Below the pieces are notes generated by a model, which searched no databases, was not told where the DNA came from, and saw nothing but the letters and a program-made list of their open reading frames with translations. A stretch of 64,000 bases of DNA. It comes from Bacteroidota bacterium. Lineage in GTDB: Bacteria > Bacteroidota > Bacteroidia > Chitinophagales > Saprospiraceae. Made by a program: the position numbers and the translations under genes. The stretch covers positions 7,523 through 71,522 of the forward strand of contig JBCCSZ010000001.1 of NCBI GenBank assembly GCA_039199225.1, written 5' to 3'. Shown here one piece after another: positions 19,373 through 27,891 of this stretch; position 1 is the stretch's first letter, and each line of letters opens with the position of its first letter.

Positions 19373-19648
19373 TTAGGATTCTATTGGTTTGTATATCTGA
19401 ATTTCTTCCAATTCTTCTACGAGAATTGTCTGTAGGTTTTGGTACCAATCGATGTGGAGCGACCATTCGCTGCAACCTCCAAGGGACGGATGTACGCATT
19501 GGGTGTATTTCCAAATCTTTTTACACTTTGGACACTGGCCACCCGTATCGAAGGTATTCCAACGATGCCCACAACTGCACGGCCACTCGTCAGATGGGTC
19601 GGGTTGCCATTGGCACTTTGGACAGGCGATGTGTATTTCCTGGCTCAT
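19373..19648 (-). CDS. small zinc-ribbon protein (hypothetical)
   Basis: 91 aa from ATG 19648 (MSQEIHIACPKCQW...CPKCKK) with two CPxC pairs. Its stop lies 5 nt before the SDR start, so the two are probably co-transcribed. Confidence 0.5.
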   Translation of the reverse strand: MSQEIHIACPKCQWQPDPSDEWPCSCGHRWNTFDTGGQCPKCKKIWKYTQCVHPSLGGCSEWSLHIDWYQNLQTILVEELEEIQIYKPIES

Positions 19649-19767
19649 CGCTCCAAGATAAAAAATTGATGGGAGAGCATGTGTAAAATTAGCTGGAAAA
19701 GTCGGGAGGTAAAGTCCTGCTAAGCCCTTATTTTTTGGCCATGAATGGGCAGCGGTACTGGTAATGG

Positions 19768-20165
19768 ATGATTGGACTTTTGAGCATTGGAGCTTTATTG
19801 AGAGTGCTCCACTATGCGGGCAATCGCTCATTGTGGTACGATGAGGCGATGCTGGCCATCAACTTTGTCCGTCGCGATTTTATTGGTTTGCTTGATCCTC
19901 TGGCCTACGGTCAAAACACCAATTGTGGGCGATGGCATTTTTTGTTTTTTGTCAACCCTTGATATTCTACGCCGCCGAGATCAAGCAATACAGTTTTGAT
20001 TTGTTGTTTATCTGTCTGTTGTGTTTGTTGTGTCTCCGGGTGGAGGCTGGCCACAGGCGGCTTTTTACCTTGGGAGCGATTGGTTTATTTTCCATTGGTT
20101 GGTCTATGCCGATTGTTTTTGTTTTGGTAGGTATCGGGCTTTACCTATTATTGTTTTTTGGGGAG
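19768..20165 (+). pseudogene. remnant of a GT39/PMT_2-like (ArnT-like) membrane glycosyltransferase
   Basis: Family-typical pieces are spread over three frames: NRSLWYDEAML...LDPLAYGQN, then IVGDGIFCFLS, then PLIFYAAEIKQYSFD...SMPIVFVLVGIG. It ends after about 130 codons, whereas such proteins are 400-500 aa. Confidence 0.5.
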
Positions 20166-20268
20166 AAAAGGAAGGGGTTAATAATCCTTCGGAATAATTT
20201 GAACGGAAAGGGGCGATTCTTTACCTTACCTCCGCAACCCTATTCCACAAAACCTAAAAAATCTACCT

Positions 20269-21171
20269 ATGCCTATCAATTGGAATGGTGTCTTTCCTGC
20301 GGTAACAACAAAATTCACAGCAGATCATAAGCTGGATATTCCGGCCTTTGTCCACAATCTCAAGGCGCAAATCGATGCGGGTATTCACGGCATCATCATT
20401 GGAGGAAGCCTGGGGGAAGCGAGTACGCTGAAGCATACGGAGCGAATGGAATTATTGGCTGCTGCTCTTGAAGTGAGCCAAGGCCGGGTTCCGGTATTGA
20501 TGAATATTGCTGAGCGCAGCACAGAGGATGCCATCGAATTAGCGCATTTGTCCCAGAAAAATGGTGCAGAGGGCTTGATGCTTTTGCCGCCGATGCAATA
20601 TAAAGCCGGAGAGCGAGAGGTTGTTACTTTCCTGGGGACTGTTGCCCAATCCACCAGCCTACCCATTATGCTCTACAACAATCCAGTAGATTACAAGATT
20701 GCTTTGACCATTCCCATGCTGGAAGAGTTGGTACAACACGACAACATTGAGGCCATAAAAGCTTCCAGTCGCGACATCACCAATATTACCCGCATCAAAA
20801 ATGCATTGGGCGATCGCCTGAAAATCTTGTGTGGGGTTGATACCATTGCTTTAGAATGCCTGGCCAGCGGTGCAGATGGCTGGGTTGCTGGTTTGGTCAA
20901 TGCCTTTCCGAGGGAGACAGTGGCCATTTATCATTTGGTGAAGGCTGGAAAGATCGAGGAAGCTTTGCCGCTCTATCGTTGGTTTATGCCTCTGTTAGAA
21001 CTGGACATCCACCCAAAATTGGTGCAATACATCAAATTGGCAGAAGTGGCAACGGGACTCGGAACAGAACATGTCCGACCGCCCCGCCTTCCATTGATTG
21101 GTGAAGAAAGAGCGCACGTCCAAAAAATCATTCAAACGAGTTTGGAAAATCGGCCAGTAGTACCTGCTTAG
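20269..21171 (+). CDS. dihydrodipicolinate synthase (DapA/NAL) family lyase
   Basis: 300 aa with FPAVTTKF, GIIIGGSLGEASTL and YNNP motifs of the class I aldolase DapA family. The exact substrate cannot be called. Confidence 0.8.
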   Translation: MPINWNGVFPAVTTKFTADHKLDIPAFVHNLKAQIDAGIHGIIIGGSLGEASTLKHTERMELLAAALEVSQGRVPVLMNIAERSTEDAIELAHLSQKNGAEGLMLLPPMQYKAGEREVVTFLGTVAQSTSLPIMLYNNPVDYKIALTIPMLEELVQHDNIEAIKASSRDITNITRIKNALGDRLKILCGVDTIALECLASGADGWVAGLVNAFPRETVAIYHLVKAGKIEEALPLYRWFMPLLELDIHPKLVQYIKLAEVATGLGTEHVRPPRLPLIGEERAHVQKIIQTSLENRPVVPA

Positions 21172-21190
21172 ATAAAGTAGCCTTTTTTCC

Positions 21191-21766
21191 CTATGGTGCT
21201 ACCCATTGGCCTTGCCACTGGGCGGTATCGTCTTGCCAAAATTGGAGCCGTAGGTGGCCATCCCGACTCAGCTGCAAAACATCCATCTTCTCGGGGATGC
21301 AATGAATCAAAGCAAAGTTTTGGTAGCCACTGTTGACTTTGAGGTCCCAGCCTTCTTGAGGAGCAGTGAGTGCCTCGCCCGGGTCCTTAAGCCGGTTGTA
21401 ATCCTTCTTTTGATGATCCGGAAAGGCTTTCCAAATAGTCTGTGTTTGATCGGTATCCGTTTCGATGCGCACCTTGCAGTGGCAGCTGATTTGTAGTTGC
21501 TTTTGTGGGTGGTAAAATAGCAGACTGGCTATATCGTTGACCTCAAATTCGCTACACTTGCCAGATCGTAGGTCGGTGTAAATCAAGAAATGTCGTTGTT
21601 CCGAGATGCTTCTACAAACAACGGTGCGCTGAACAGGGCTTTTGTCTCTTACGCTGGCCAGTGTGACAAAGCGAAAAGGGTGGCGCCGATCGACGGTGCC
21701 GCGTCTTAGTTCCTTCCAGCAGTTGGAAAGGAGTTCGAGTGGTTGGGCATTAGCTGTTATAATCAT
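21191..21766 (-). CDS. pyridoxamine 5'-phosphate oxidase family (FMN-binding split barrel) protein
   Basis: 191 aa. The pattern RHPFRFVTLASV...RTVVCRSI...LIYTDLRSGK matches the PNPOx-like family. Confidence 0.7.
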   Translation of the reverse strand: MIITANAQPLELLSNCWKELRRGTVDRRHPFRFVTLASVRDKSPVQRTVVCRSISEQRHFLIYTDLRSGKCSEFEVNDIASLLFYHPQKQLQISCHCKVRIETDTDQTQTIWKAFPDHQKKDYNRLKDPGEALTAPQEGWDLKVNSGYQNFALIHCIPEKMDVLQLSRDGHLRLQFWQDDTAQWQGQWVAP

Positions 21767-21778
21767 GCTTGGTTCAAT

Positions 21779-23035
21779 TTATCCGCCGGTGGCAATTCCT
21801 TGCATTAGAAAAGCGCAAATAATGGCGCCATAGGTTCCAAGGGCATAGCCCAATACCGCCATCAAGACTCCTACAGGGGCTAGGGAAGGGCTGAAAGCGG
21901 AGGCGACGACAGGAGCCGAAGCGGCACCACCGATGTTGGCCTGGCTTCCGACGGCAACAAAAAAGAAGGGGGCTTTGATGATTTTGGCCGTTACCAGCAA
22001 AATGATAACATGCACCAGCATCCAAATGATGCCAATGGCGAATAGCCCGAGGTTTTCCCAAACTTCTCCAAGATTCATTTTCATGCCAATGGTGGCTACC
22101 AAAATGTAGATGAATACGGAGCCCCAACGGGATGCGCCAACCCCTTCCAGCTTCCGAGCTTTGCTGAAGGAAAGCAACAGTCCAATGGTTGTGGAAAAAA
22201 CGATCAGCCAGAAAAAGTGCGACATCAAGGAGTTGAGGCGGCTGGCCTCCAAGGTTTCTTTGAATTCCGTCATAAAAGGCGTCATAAGGTCTGCACCCAG
22301 GTGGGACAAGGCTACGCCACCAAAGGCCACACCGCCAAGGAGAAACATCGTCGTTGTGGTTGGCATGCGTTCGATACTGGCCCGATAGTCGGCTACCCGT
22401 TGCTTTAGGTCTTCAATGGAAGAAGCATCTGCCTTTAGCCATTTGTCTATTTGAGGGCTGATGTTGGCTCCGTAAAGCAGGAATCCCATCCATATGTTTG
22501 CAACGACGATGTCTACGATAATCATGGTGGCAAAAAGGTCATCGCCCACATCAAAAATTTCCTTCATGGCCGTCTGATTGGCACCTCCCCCGATCCAGCT
22601 GCCAGCAACGGTGGACAATCCTCGCCAAATTTCATCTGGGCTGGCCTGGACAATGTCTGGCGCAAGGGTGCTGATCAAAAGTAGGGCGATGGGGCCACCG
22701 ATGATGATGCCAAGCGTGGCAGCAAAGAACATGATGAGTGCCTTGGGGCCGAGGTTGACAATCCCTTTAAAGTCGATGCTGAGACAGAGCAGTATCAAAC
22801 TGGCAGGCAGCAAGTAGCGTGAAGCTACGTAGTATAGGTTGGAGCCTTTGGATGTGATAAGGCCCAGCGGCCAATGTAGCAAAGCCGGTAAAAAATAACA
22901 CAGCAATAGCGCTGGCACATAGCGATAGAATTTCTTCCAGCCAGGAGAGTCCAGGTGGGAGGTGTAAAAAACCAGCGCCAGGACAATCATCAGTAGGCCA
23001 AATGTAATGGCATCATTGGTAAAGGGTAACTCCAT
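21779..23035 (-). CDS. DUF819-type polytopic membrane protein
   Basis: 418 aa with about 12 hydrophobic segments. The block GSWIGGGANQTAM is typical of DUF819. Confidence 0.7.
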   Translation of the reverse strand: MELPFTNDAITFGLLMIVLALVFYTSHLDSPGWKKFYRYVPALLLCYFLPALLHWPLGLITSKGSNLYYVASRYLLPASLILLCLSIDFKGIVNLGPKALIMFFAATLGIIIGGPIALLLISTLAPDIVQASPDEIWRGLSTVAGSWIGGGANQTAMKEIFDVGDDLFATMIIVDIVVANIWMGFLLYGANISPQIDKWLKADASSIEDLKQRVADYRASIERMPTTTTMFLLGGVAFGGVALSHLGADLMTPFMTEFKETLEASRLNSLMSHFFWLIVFSTTIGLLLSFSKARKLEGVGASRWGSVFIYILVATIGMKMNLGEVWENLGLFAIGIIWMLVHVIILLVTAKIIKAPFFFVAVGSQANIGGAASAPVVASAFSPSLAPVGVLMAVLGYALGTYGAIICAFLMQGIATGG

Positions 23036-23121
23036 TCCGTTGGGTATTTCGTTTCAGCTCAATATAATTCAAGTTGTGGTAAAATCCTTACCTTTGTAAG
23101 GTAGAAATAACTGTCAATTTT

Positions 23122-23598
23122 ATGGAAGAGCAGGACAAACGATTTATGAGAATGGCCATTGAACTGGCCCGAAAGGGGATGGCATCCAACGAAGGTGGGC
23201 CGTTTGGTGCAGTCGTCGTACGGGATGGAAAAGTCATTGCCAAAGGCAATAATCGGGTCACTTCGACCAACGATCCAACGGCTCATGCAGAGGTGGTGGC
23301 CATTCGGGAGGCTTGTCAGGTATTGGGGCATTTCCAATTGGATGGCTGCACAATTTACACTTCCTGTGAACCCTGTCCAATGTGCCTGGGAGCCATTTAC
23401 TGGGCTCGCCCCAGCCGAATAGTGTATGCCTGCTCCAGAGAAGATGCGGCTGCGATTGATTTTGACGATGATTTTATATATCGAGAAATTCCCCTGCCGG
23501 TAGACCAAAGGAGTATCCCTACGACGCAATTGTTACAAAAAGAAGGCGTTGAAGTATTTGAAGATTGGAAGCACAAAACGGATAAACATTTGTATTGA
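23122..23598 (+). CDS. CDA-fold nucleoside/nucleobase deaminase (guanine-deaminase-like)
   Basis: 158 aa with the zinc motifs HAEVVAI and CEPCPMCLGAIYWA. Confidence 0.85.
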   Translation: MEEQDKRFMRMAIELARKGMASNEGGPFGAVVVRDGKVIAKGNNRVTSTNDPTAHAEVVAIREACQVLGHFQLDGCTIYTSCEPCPMCLGAIYWARPSRIVYACSREDAAAIDFDDDFIYREIPLPVDQRSIPTTQLLQKEGVEVFEDWKHKTDKHLY

Positions 23599-23613
23599 TT
23601 TGTAAAAACAGCA

Positions 23614-24120
23614 TTGTATATGTCGTTGTCCAAAAATAGAGTCGGAAGAATAGTCCTCATCTTAATGATCGTGCTGGTCAATATTGGCTGCGATCAGCAA
23701 ACCAAAATCATCGCGGAGCAACGCTTGGAATACCGCGAAGTCACCCCTTACATGAATGACTTTTTTCGATTGATCCTCGTTGAAAATAAGGGCGCATTTC
23801 TCAGCTTTGGTTCCGATCTACCCGCGCCAATGAGCCTGATTTTCTTGAAGATTTTTCCCAGCTTAGTCCTATTGGGATTGGGCGCTTTTCTGCTGTTTTC
23901 GCGAGGATTGTCTATGGGGCAGACCATCGCGTTTAGCTTTGTGTTGGGCGGCGGCATCAGCAATATCTATGACCGCATATTCAATGATGGAGCGGTAGTC
24001 GACTTTATGAATTTTGGCATTGGCAACCTCCGAACCGGAATCTTTAACTTTGCCGATGTCTCGATTATGATTGGCCTATTTGTACTTTTATTTACTTACT
24101 TTCAAAAGCCAGACTCATAG
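23614..24120 (+). CDS. lspA: lipoprotein signal peptidase II
   Basis: 168 aa with four TM segments and conserved NKGAFLSFG and FNFADVSIMIG blocks. Confidence 0.85.
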   Translation: MYMSLSKNRVGRIVLILMIVLVNIGCDQQTKIIAEQRLEYREVTPYMNDFFRLILVENKGAFLSFGSDLPAPMSLIFLKIFPSLVLLGLGAFLLFSRGLSMGQTIAFSFVLGGGISNIYDRIFNDGAVVDFMNFGIGNLRTGIFNFADVSIMIGLFVLLFTYFQKPDS

Positions 24121-24687
24121 TTTTTCTTCCCGTTCGATTTCAATGTGCATATCGTCAAAGTAGATGGATTCCTGACTGGGGTTCCAACAATACAACCTTA
24201 AATGCTTGCCTCGAAACTGTAGAAGCGGATCGATGGTCAGCTCAATTTTTTCCCAGCCGTTTTCGTCTGTCTCGACCACTTTGTCGCTGCCTTCCCAAAA
24301 CAATCCACCCGAGATAGAGGCCACTAAAGTTCCCGTTTTATTTTTATGGTTGCTGGCGTAGCGCCAAACACTCAACTTGATTTTCTCGTTGCCGCGAAGG
24401 GTCGGGATCGAATAAGACATGCCGTAGGGCATCTGGCCGGATAGTTCTAGGCTGTAGTTGCCTGAGCGTGCCTGCTGTTGCGTTTGTGCTTTTCCACCGC
24501 TAAAGTAAGCACCATTGCTTTCAAAATGGGCGACTCCATTGTGTGGGACCACTCTTTCGGCACCACACTCGATTGTTTGCTTTTCTGCATCCGCCAAACC
24601 GATATACCCAATTAGTAAGGCGACGAGCAAGCCATAAAAAAGGAGCGTCAGACCGAATTCTATTGATGTTTTGACGAAAGCAGACAT
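24115..24687 (-). CDS. membrane-anchored hypothetical protein with a jelly-roll/CBM-like domain
   Basis: 190 aa. One N-terminal TM helix is followed by a beta-rich domain. No confident family. Confidence 0.45.
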   Translation of the reverse strand: MSAFVKTSIEFGLTLLFYGLLVALLIGYIGLADAEKQTIECGAERVVPHNGVAHFESNGAYFSGGKAQTQQQARSGNYSLELSGQMPYGMSYSIPTLRGNEKIKLSVWRYASNHKNKTGTLVASISGGLFWEGSDKVVETDENGWEKIELTIDPLLQFRGKHLRLYCWNPSQESIYFDDMHIEIEREEKL

Positions 24688-24789
24688 TTCAGATTGCAGG
24701 ATTTAGTAGCTAAAGATAAAGGTAAAAAGAAGTTAGAGATCAAGAATGATACAGCCAAATCAAAAGATAAAAAGGCTATTTTTATGTGT

Positions 24790-25260
24790 ATGGTTTTTTA
24801 GTAGCGTCTATTTTCTACACTATTTTTTCCCCGTTTTCCTATTGCTGTATTTTGTCAGTCCGGCAAAATGGAAAAATGCAGTGGCATTGGTTGGTAGCTG
24901 CTACTTTTACACCTGGGGGGGCTCCCGAATTTTTCTTTATGCTGATTCTGGGTTTGATCTGCGATTTTTATCTGGTCAAGCTGACGGCTTTGTCAGACGG
25001 TCGCCTGCAAAAGTGGCTTTTGGGTATCAACATTACCCTGAATGTGGGCATGCTGGCGGTTGTGAAGTACCTCAATTTTTTTTGTGGATAGTTTCAGCCC
25101 TTTGTTCAAATTGTTTGGCGGAGAAGGTTTACAAATTGCTCAAATCTTTTTGGCCGTTGGATGCGCGATTATTTGTACATCCCTCTCGGCGGCAATCGGG
25201 TGAGTGAGTGGCGGATGTACTTCAATTTGTGGGTTGTATTTTTGCTATCGGCAGCCGCCC
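24790..25260 (+). pseudogene. decayed MBOAT (AlgI/DltB-like) O-acyltransferase
   Basis: The MBOAT N-terminus is spread over three frames:
- M-V-F-(frameshift at T6)-SSVYFLHYFFPVFLLLYF...CYFYTWGG
- after a frameshift at G7: APEFFFMLILGLICDFYL...KYLNFF
- then VDSFSPLFKLFGG...IFLAVG
This joins directly to the C-terminal block RWMRDYLYIPLGGNR. About 230 central codons, including the conserved His region, are missing. Confidence 0.65.
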
Positions 25261-25893
25261 ATTGGGCCACAGAACAGTACGGTCTTTTTAGATGTTTTCA
25301 AGGAGGCGGCAGTTCCGCTGATCGACTTTAGCTATTTGAAGCGATGGCAGGACAGCTTGGCTTATCCAATTTATTCCCCTGCTGGCATGCACTTTAGTAG
25401 GTACGGCCTGGGACTGATGATGGATACTCTGCGCAGCCGAGCAGAAGCATTGACAGGGATGGCAGTACCGAAGCCACTGTGGAGGGATTCCATTATCTGG
25501 GAAAAGGAGCCGAGAGGGATGGACATTGAACTAATGAACGGGAGCAATTTTTTTGTTGATCCTCCCATAGATTCTATGCCATATCCTGTATTCCGCTTCT
25601 CGGAAACCCAGCAATCGCCCAAGCCCAAGGTGCTGGTTATTGGTGATAGTTTTTACAAAATGTTGTACGAACTAGATATACATCAGGCTTTATGGGAAAA
25701 GGGATCGGACTATTGGTTTTATTTCAATATTGCTTTTCCACCAAGAGAAGGCATCGAATCGAATAAGGATATGATTGATTGGTTGGCCAAGATAAAACAG
25801 CAGGACCTTGTTGTTTTGCTGTGCTACGATACCAACCTGCCAGATTTTGGATTTGGATTCATCGAAAAGCTCTATGATCTCATTGAGCAGTGA
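25204..25893 (+). pseudogene. C-terminal fragment of the MBOAT partner protein (AlgJ/AlgX/DHHW-like), fused to the MBOAT remnant
   Basis: The 229-aa frame begins inside MBOAT-derived sequence. The recognisable part is IYSPAGMHFSRYG...KVLVIGDSFYKML. The expected N-terminal signal/anchor and the first ~150 aa are absent. Confidence 0.45.
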
Positions 25894-25919
25894 GGAATTT
25901 TTAAAAACAGAGAGAGAAT

Positions 25920-26603
25920 ATGCAAATTTTACAGTTGGAATTGCTCACCCGGCAGCTATCGGCGCAAAGAGCCTTTTACGTCGATTTGTTGGGCTTTGAG
26001 CTAAAGGAGGCTACCGAGAATTCGTTCAGCATACAGGCGGGGCGTTCAGTTTTGTGCTTTCGGCAATCAGAGGATGCAGTTTGCTACCATTTTGCCTTCA
26101 ATATTCCTGCTCTACAAATGGAGGAAGCTTGCCATTGGACCCGCGCCAGGTGTCCGCTCCTGCAAGATGGGGATGCCCAAATCATTGATTTTCCCAATTG
26201 GAATGCTCAGGCTATTTATTTTTTTGATGCTGATTTGAACATTGTGGAGTTCATCGCCCGTAAAAATTTGGCTTTGCCAAGTGTAGGTGCGTTTTCTGCA
26301 AAAAGTGTTGATGGTATTTCGGAGATTGGCTTTCCGGTGGATCAGGTAGGGGGGATGTTCGGCCAACTTGAACAAGCCTTAGGTGTGAAACAGTATTCCG
26401 GCGATTTGGATCGCTTTTGCGCTGTCGGCGATGAAGAGGGCTTGTTTATTGTTGTGGATCGACATTCAAAAAAATGGTATCCAACCAGTGTTCAATCGGC
26501 GCCCCATCCGATTGTTTTAACAGTAGAATTGGGCAGTAAAAAGTACGCTTTGCAATTCGATGTGGAAGCCCAGCTGGCTATTCAACAGCTTGAGATGGAA
26601 TAG
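25920..26603 (+). CDS. VOC (glyoxalase/bleomycin resistance/dioxygenase) family protein
   Basis: 227 aa in a two-module beta-alpha-beta layout, starting LELLTRQLSAQRAFYVDLLGFEL. Confidence 0.65.
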   Translation: MQILQLELLTRQLSAQRAFYVDLLGFELKEATENSFSIQAGRSVLCFRQSEDAVCYHFAFNIPALQMEEACHWTRARCPLLQDGDAQIIDFPNWNAQAIYFFDADLNIVEFIARKNLALPSVGAFSAKSVDGISEIGFPVDQVGGMFGQLEQALGVKQYSGDLDRFCAVGDEEGLFIVVDRHSKKWYPTSVQSAPHPIVLTVELGSKKYALQFDVEAQLAIQQLEME

Positions 26604-26732
26604 TGGTGCGCTGCCTTTTCATTTTCTCTCTTTTGTGGTAGAACAAAATACACAAAATCATAATGGTTAGCATGTCTCCTGTGGTTGTGGTAATGTAGAA
26701 ATGGTGTGTTGGTGAATGTTTGTCCACAGGAT

Positions 26733-27380
26733 TTATCCTTGCTTGTAGACATTGTCTTTGGTCATCATTTCGGCCTGCTGGTGTGTACGAACGTTTTCTA
26801 TGGTAAGCAAGAAAGATTGCAGCTCATGCTCTGTTTCGACTATTGGCGTAATCGAAAAGGTACCATTTATCAGCTTGCCATTGGCCAATTCCAGTTCGCG
26901 TTCGAAGTTTAGTGATTCCTGATTCAGCCAGATTTCTTCCAGCAGGATTTCAAAGGCAGTGTAGTCCAGAGTGTCCAATACATCTGAAAGATGCAGGTTT
27001 GTTGGGTTTTGTCCCTTTGTTTCGAACAGATTTGTGAAACGGTCATTGCAAAACATAATGCGGTAGTCCATGTCCAAGTAAGCTGCGCAGCTTGGAAGTG
27101 CGTTGGCCATGACGGCCATGTTGTGTTGTTTTTTTGGAACTGCTTCCAGTATTTGGAGCAGTTGATTGTCCCTGTTGTCGAGTTCTTGGATGGTTCTATC
27201 CGCTTGTTGGTTGTAGTCATTCAGTATCATCAGTAAAACAAAGCCTAGTACTCCGATCATTGCGCCGCCGACGAAGCCGGAAACGGCCTGTGTGGTCAAT
27301 GTTGTAAAGAAGATTAGAATCGTTGCGTAAAGTAGACAGTCTTTTAGTAGTGTGTATGGTAGTCGCTTTGTAGTTGTCAT
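26733..27380 (-). CDS. membrane-anchored PAS-domain protein (no output domain)
   Basis: 215 aa. Two N-terminal TM helices are followed by a single PAS-like fold (MDYRIMFCNDRFTNLF...). Confidence 0.55.
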   Translation of the reverse strand: MTTTKRLPYTLLKDCLLYATILIFFTTLTTQAVSGFVGGAMIGVLGFVLLMILNDYNQQADRTIQELDNRDNQLLQILEAVPKKQHNMAVMANALPSCAAYLDMDYRIMFCNDRFTNLFETKGQNPTNLHLSDVLDTLDYTAFEILLEEIWLNQESLNFERELELANGKLINGTFSITPIVETEHELQSFLLTIENVRTHQQAEMMTKDNVYKQG

Positions 27381-27657
27381 TATTCTTTATTCGTTTTTGT
27401 AATCACAAAAGAGAGCTTTCGCGCGGGGGTGGTTTGGGCCGGGGGGATGTCATTATTTTATTCGTTTTTTCTCCGAAGAGAGAGCAGTCGCGTGGGGGGA
27501 TGTTTTTCAGAAAGTTGTCATTATTTCATTCGTTTTTTCTCTAAAGAGAGAGCAGTCGTTGTTTGGGAGTTTTTTTAAGAGGGAACGTCATTATTTTATT
27601 CGTTTTTTCTCCGAAGAGAGAGCATCGCGTGGGAGGAAGTTTTGAAGGAGGTTGTTT
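27376..27657. repeat. four imperfect tandem copies (73, 68, 70, 71 bp) of a unit containing the start codon and leader of the PAS gene
   Basis: Copies begin at 27376, 27449, 27517 and 27587. The conserved core is GTCATTATTTTATTCGTTTTTTCTCCGAAGAGAGAGCAGTCGCGTGGGG and the tails are variable. Copy 1 contains the real ATG (27380). Confidence 0.9.
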
Positions 27658-27891
27658 GTCACAAACACTTATAGGTTTGCAAATTGCGTTCCAAAAGGGT
27701 GTCACGGATACCAATCGGAATAAAAAAAATGAAAAAAAGTGCTCGTTTTTGATTTTTATACCCTACTTGTGACAGTATAAAATGGCTTTTCCTTCCGGTA
27801 TTTTAAAGCAATAGTATGACAAGCCACCTTTGTTGTGACCAGCTTCCAATAAGCAAGTTGTCTGAAATTTTTTGAATCGACTATTTTTCGA

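Noticed and set aside
19649-19831. A longer 152-aa version of the zinc-ribbon ORF.
   Set aside because: The N-terminal extension is low-complexity and overlaps the divergent GT39-like remnant region. ATG 19648 starts directly at the first CPxC motif region.
27376-27657. Possible CRISPR array (regularly spaced repeats).
   Set aside because: - The repeats are ~49 bp and imperfect, and the variable parts are only ~20 bp and G-rich.
- There are only four units.
- Copy 1 overlaps a gene start.
- No cas genes are present.
This is a tandem duplication, not CRISPR.
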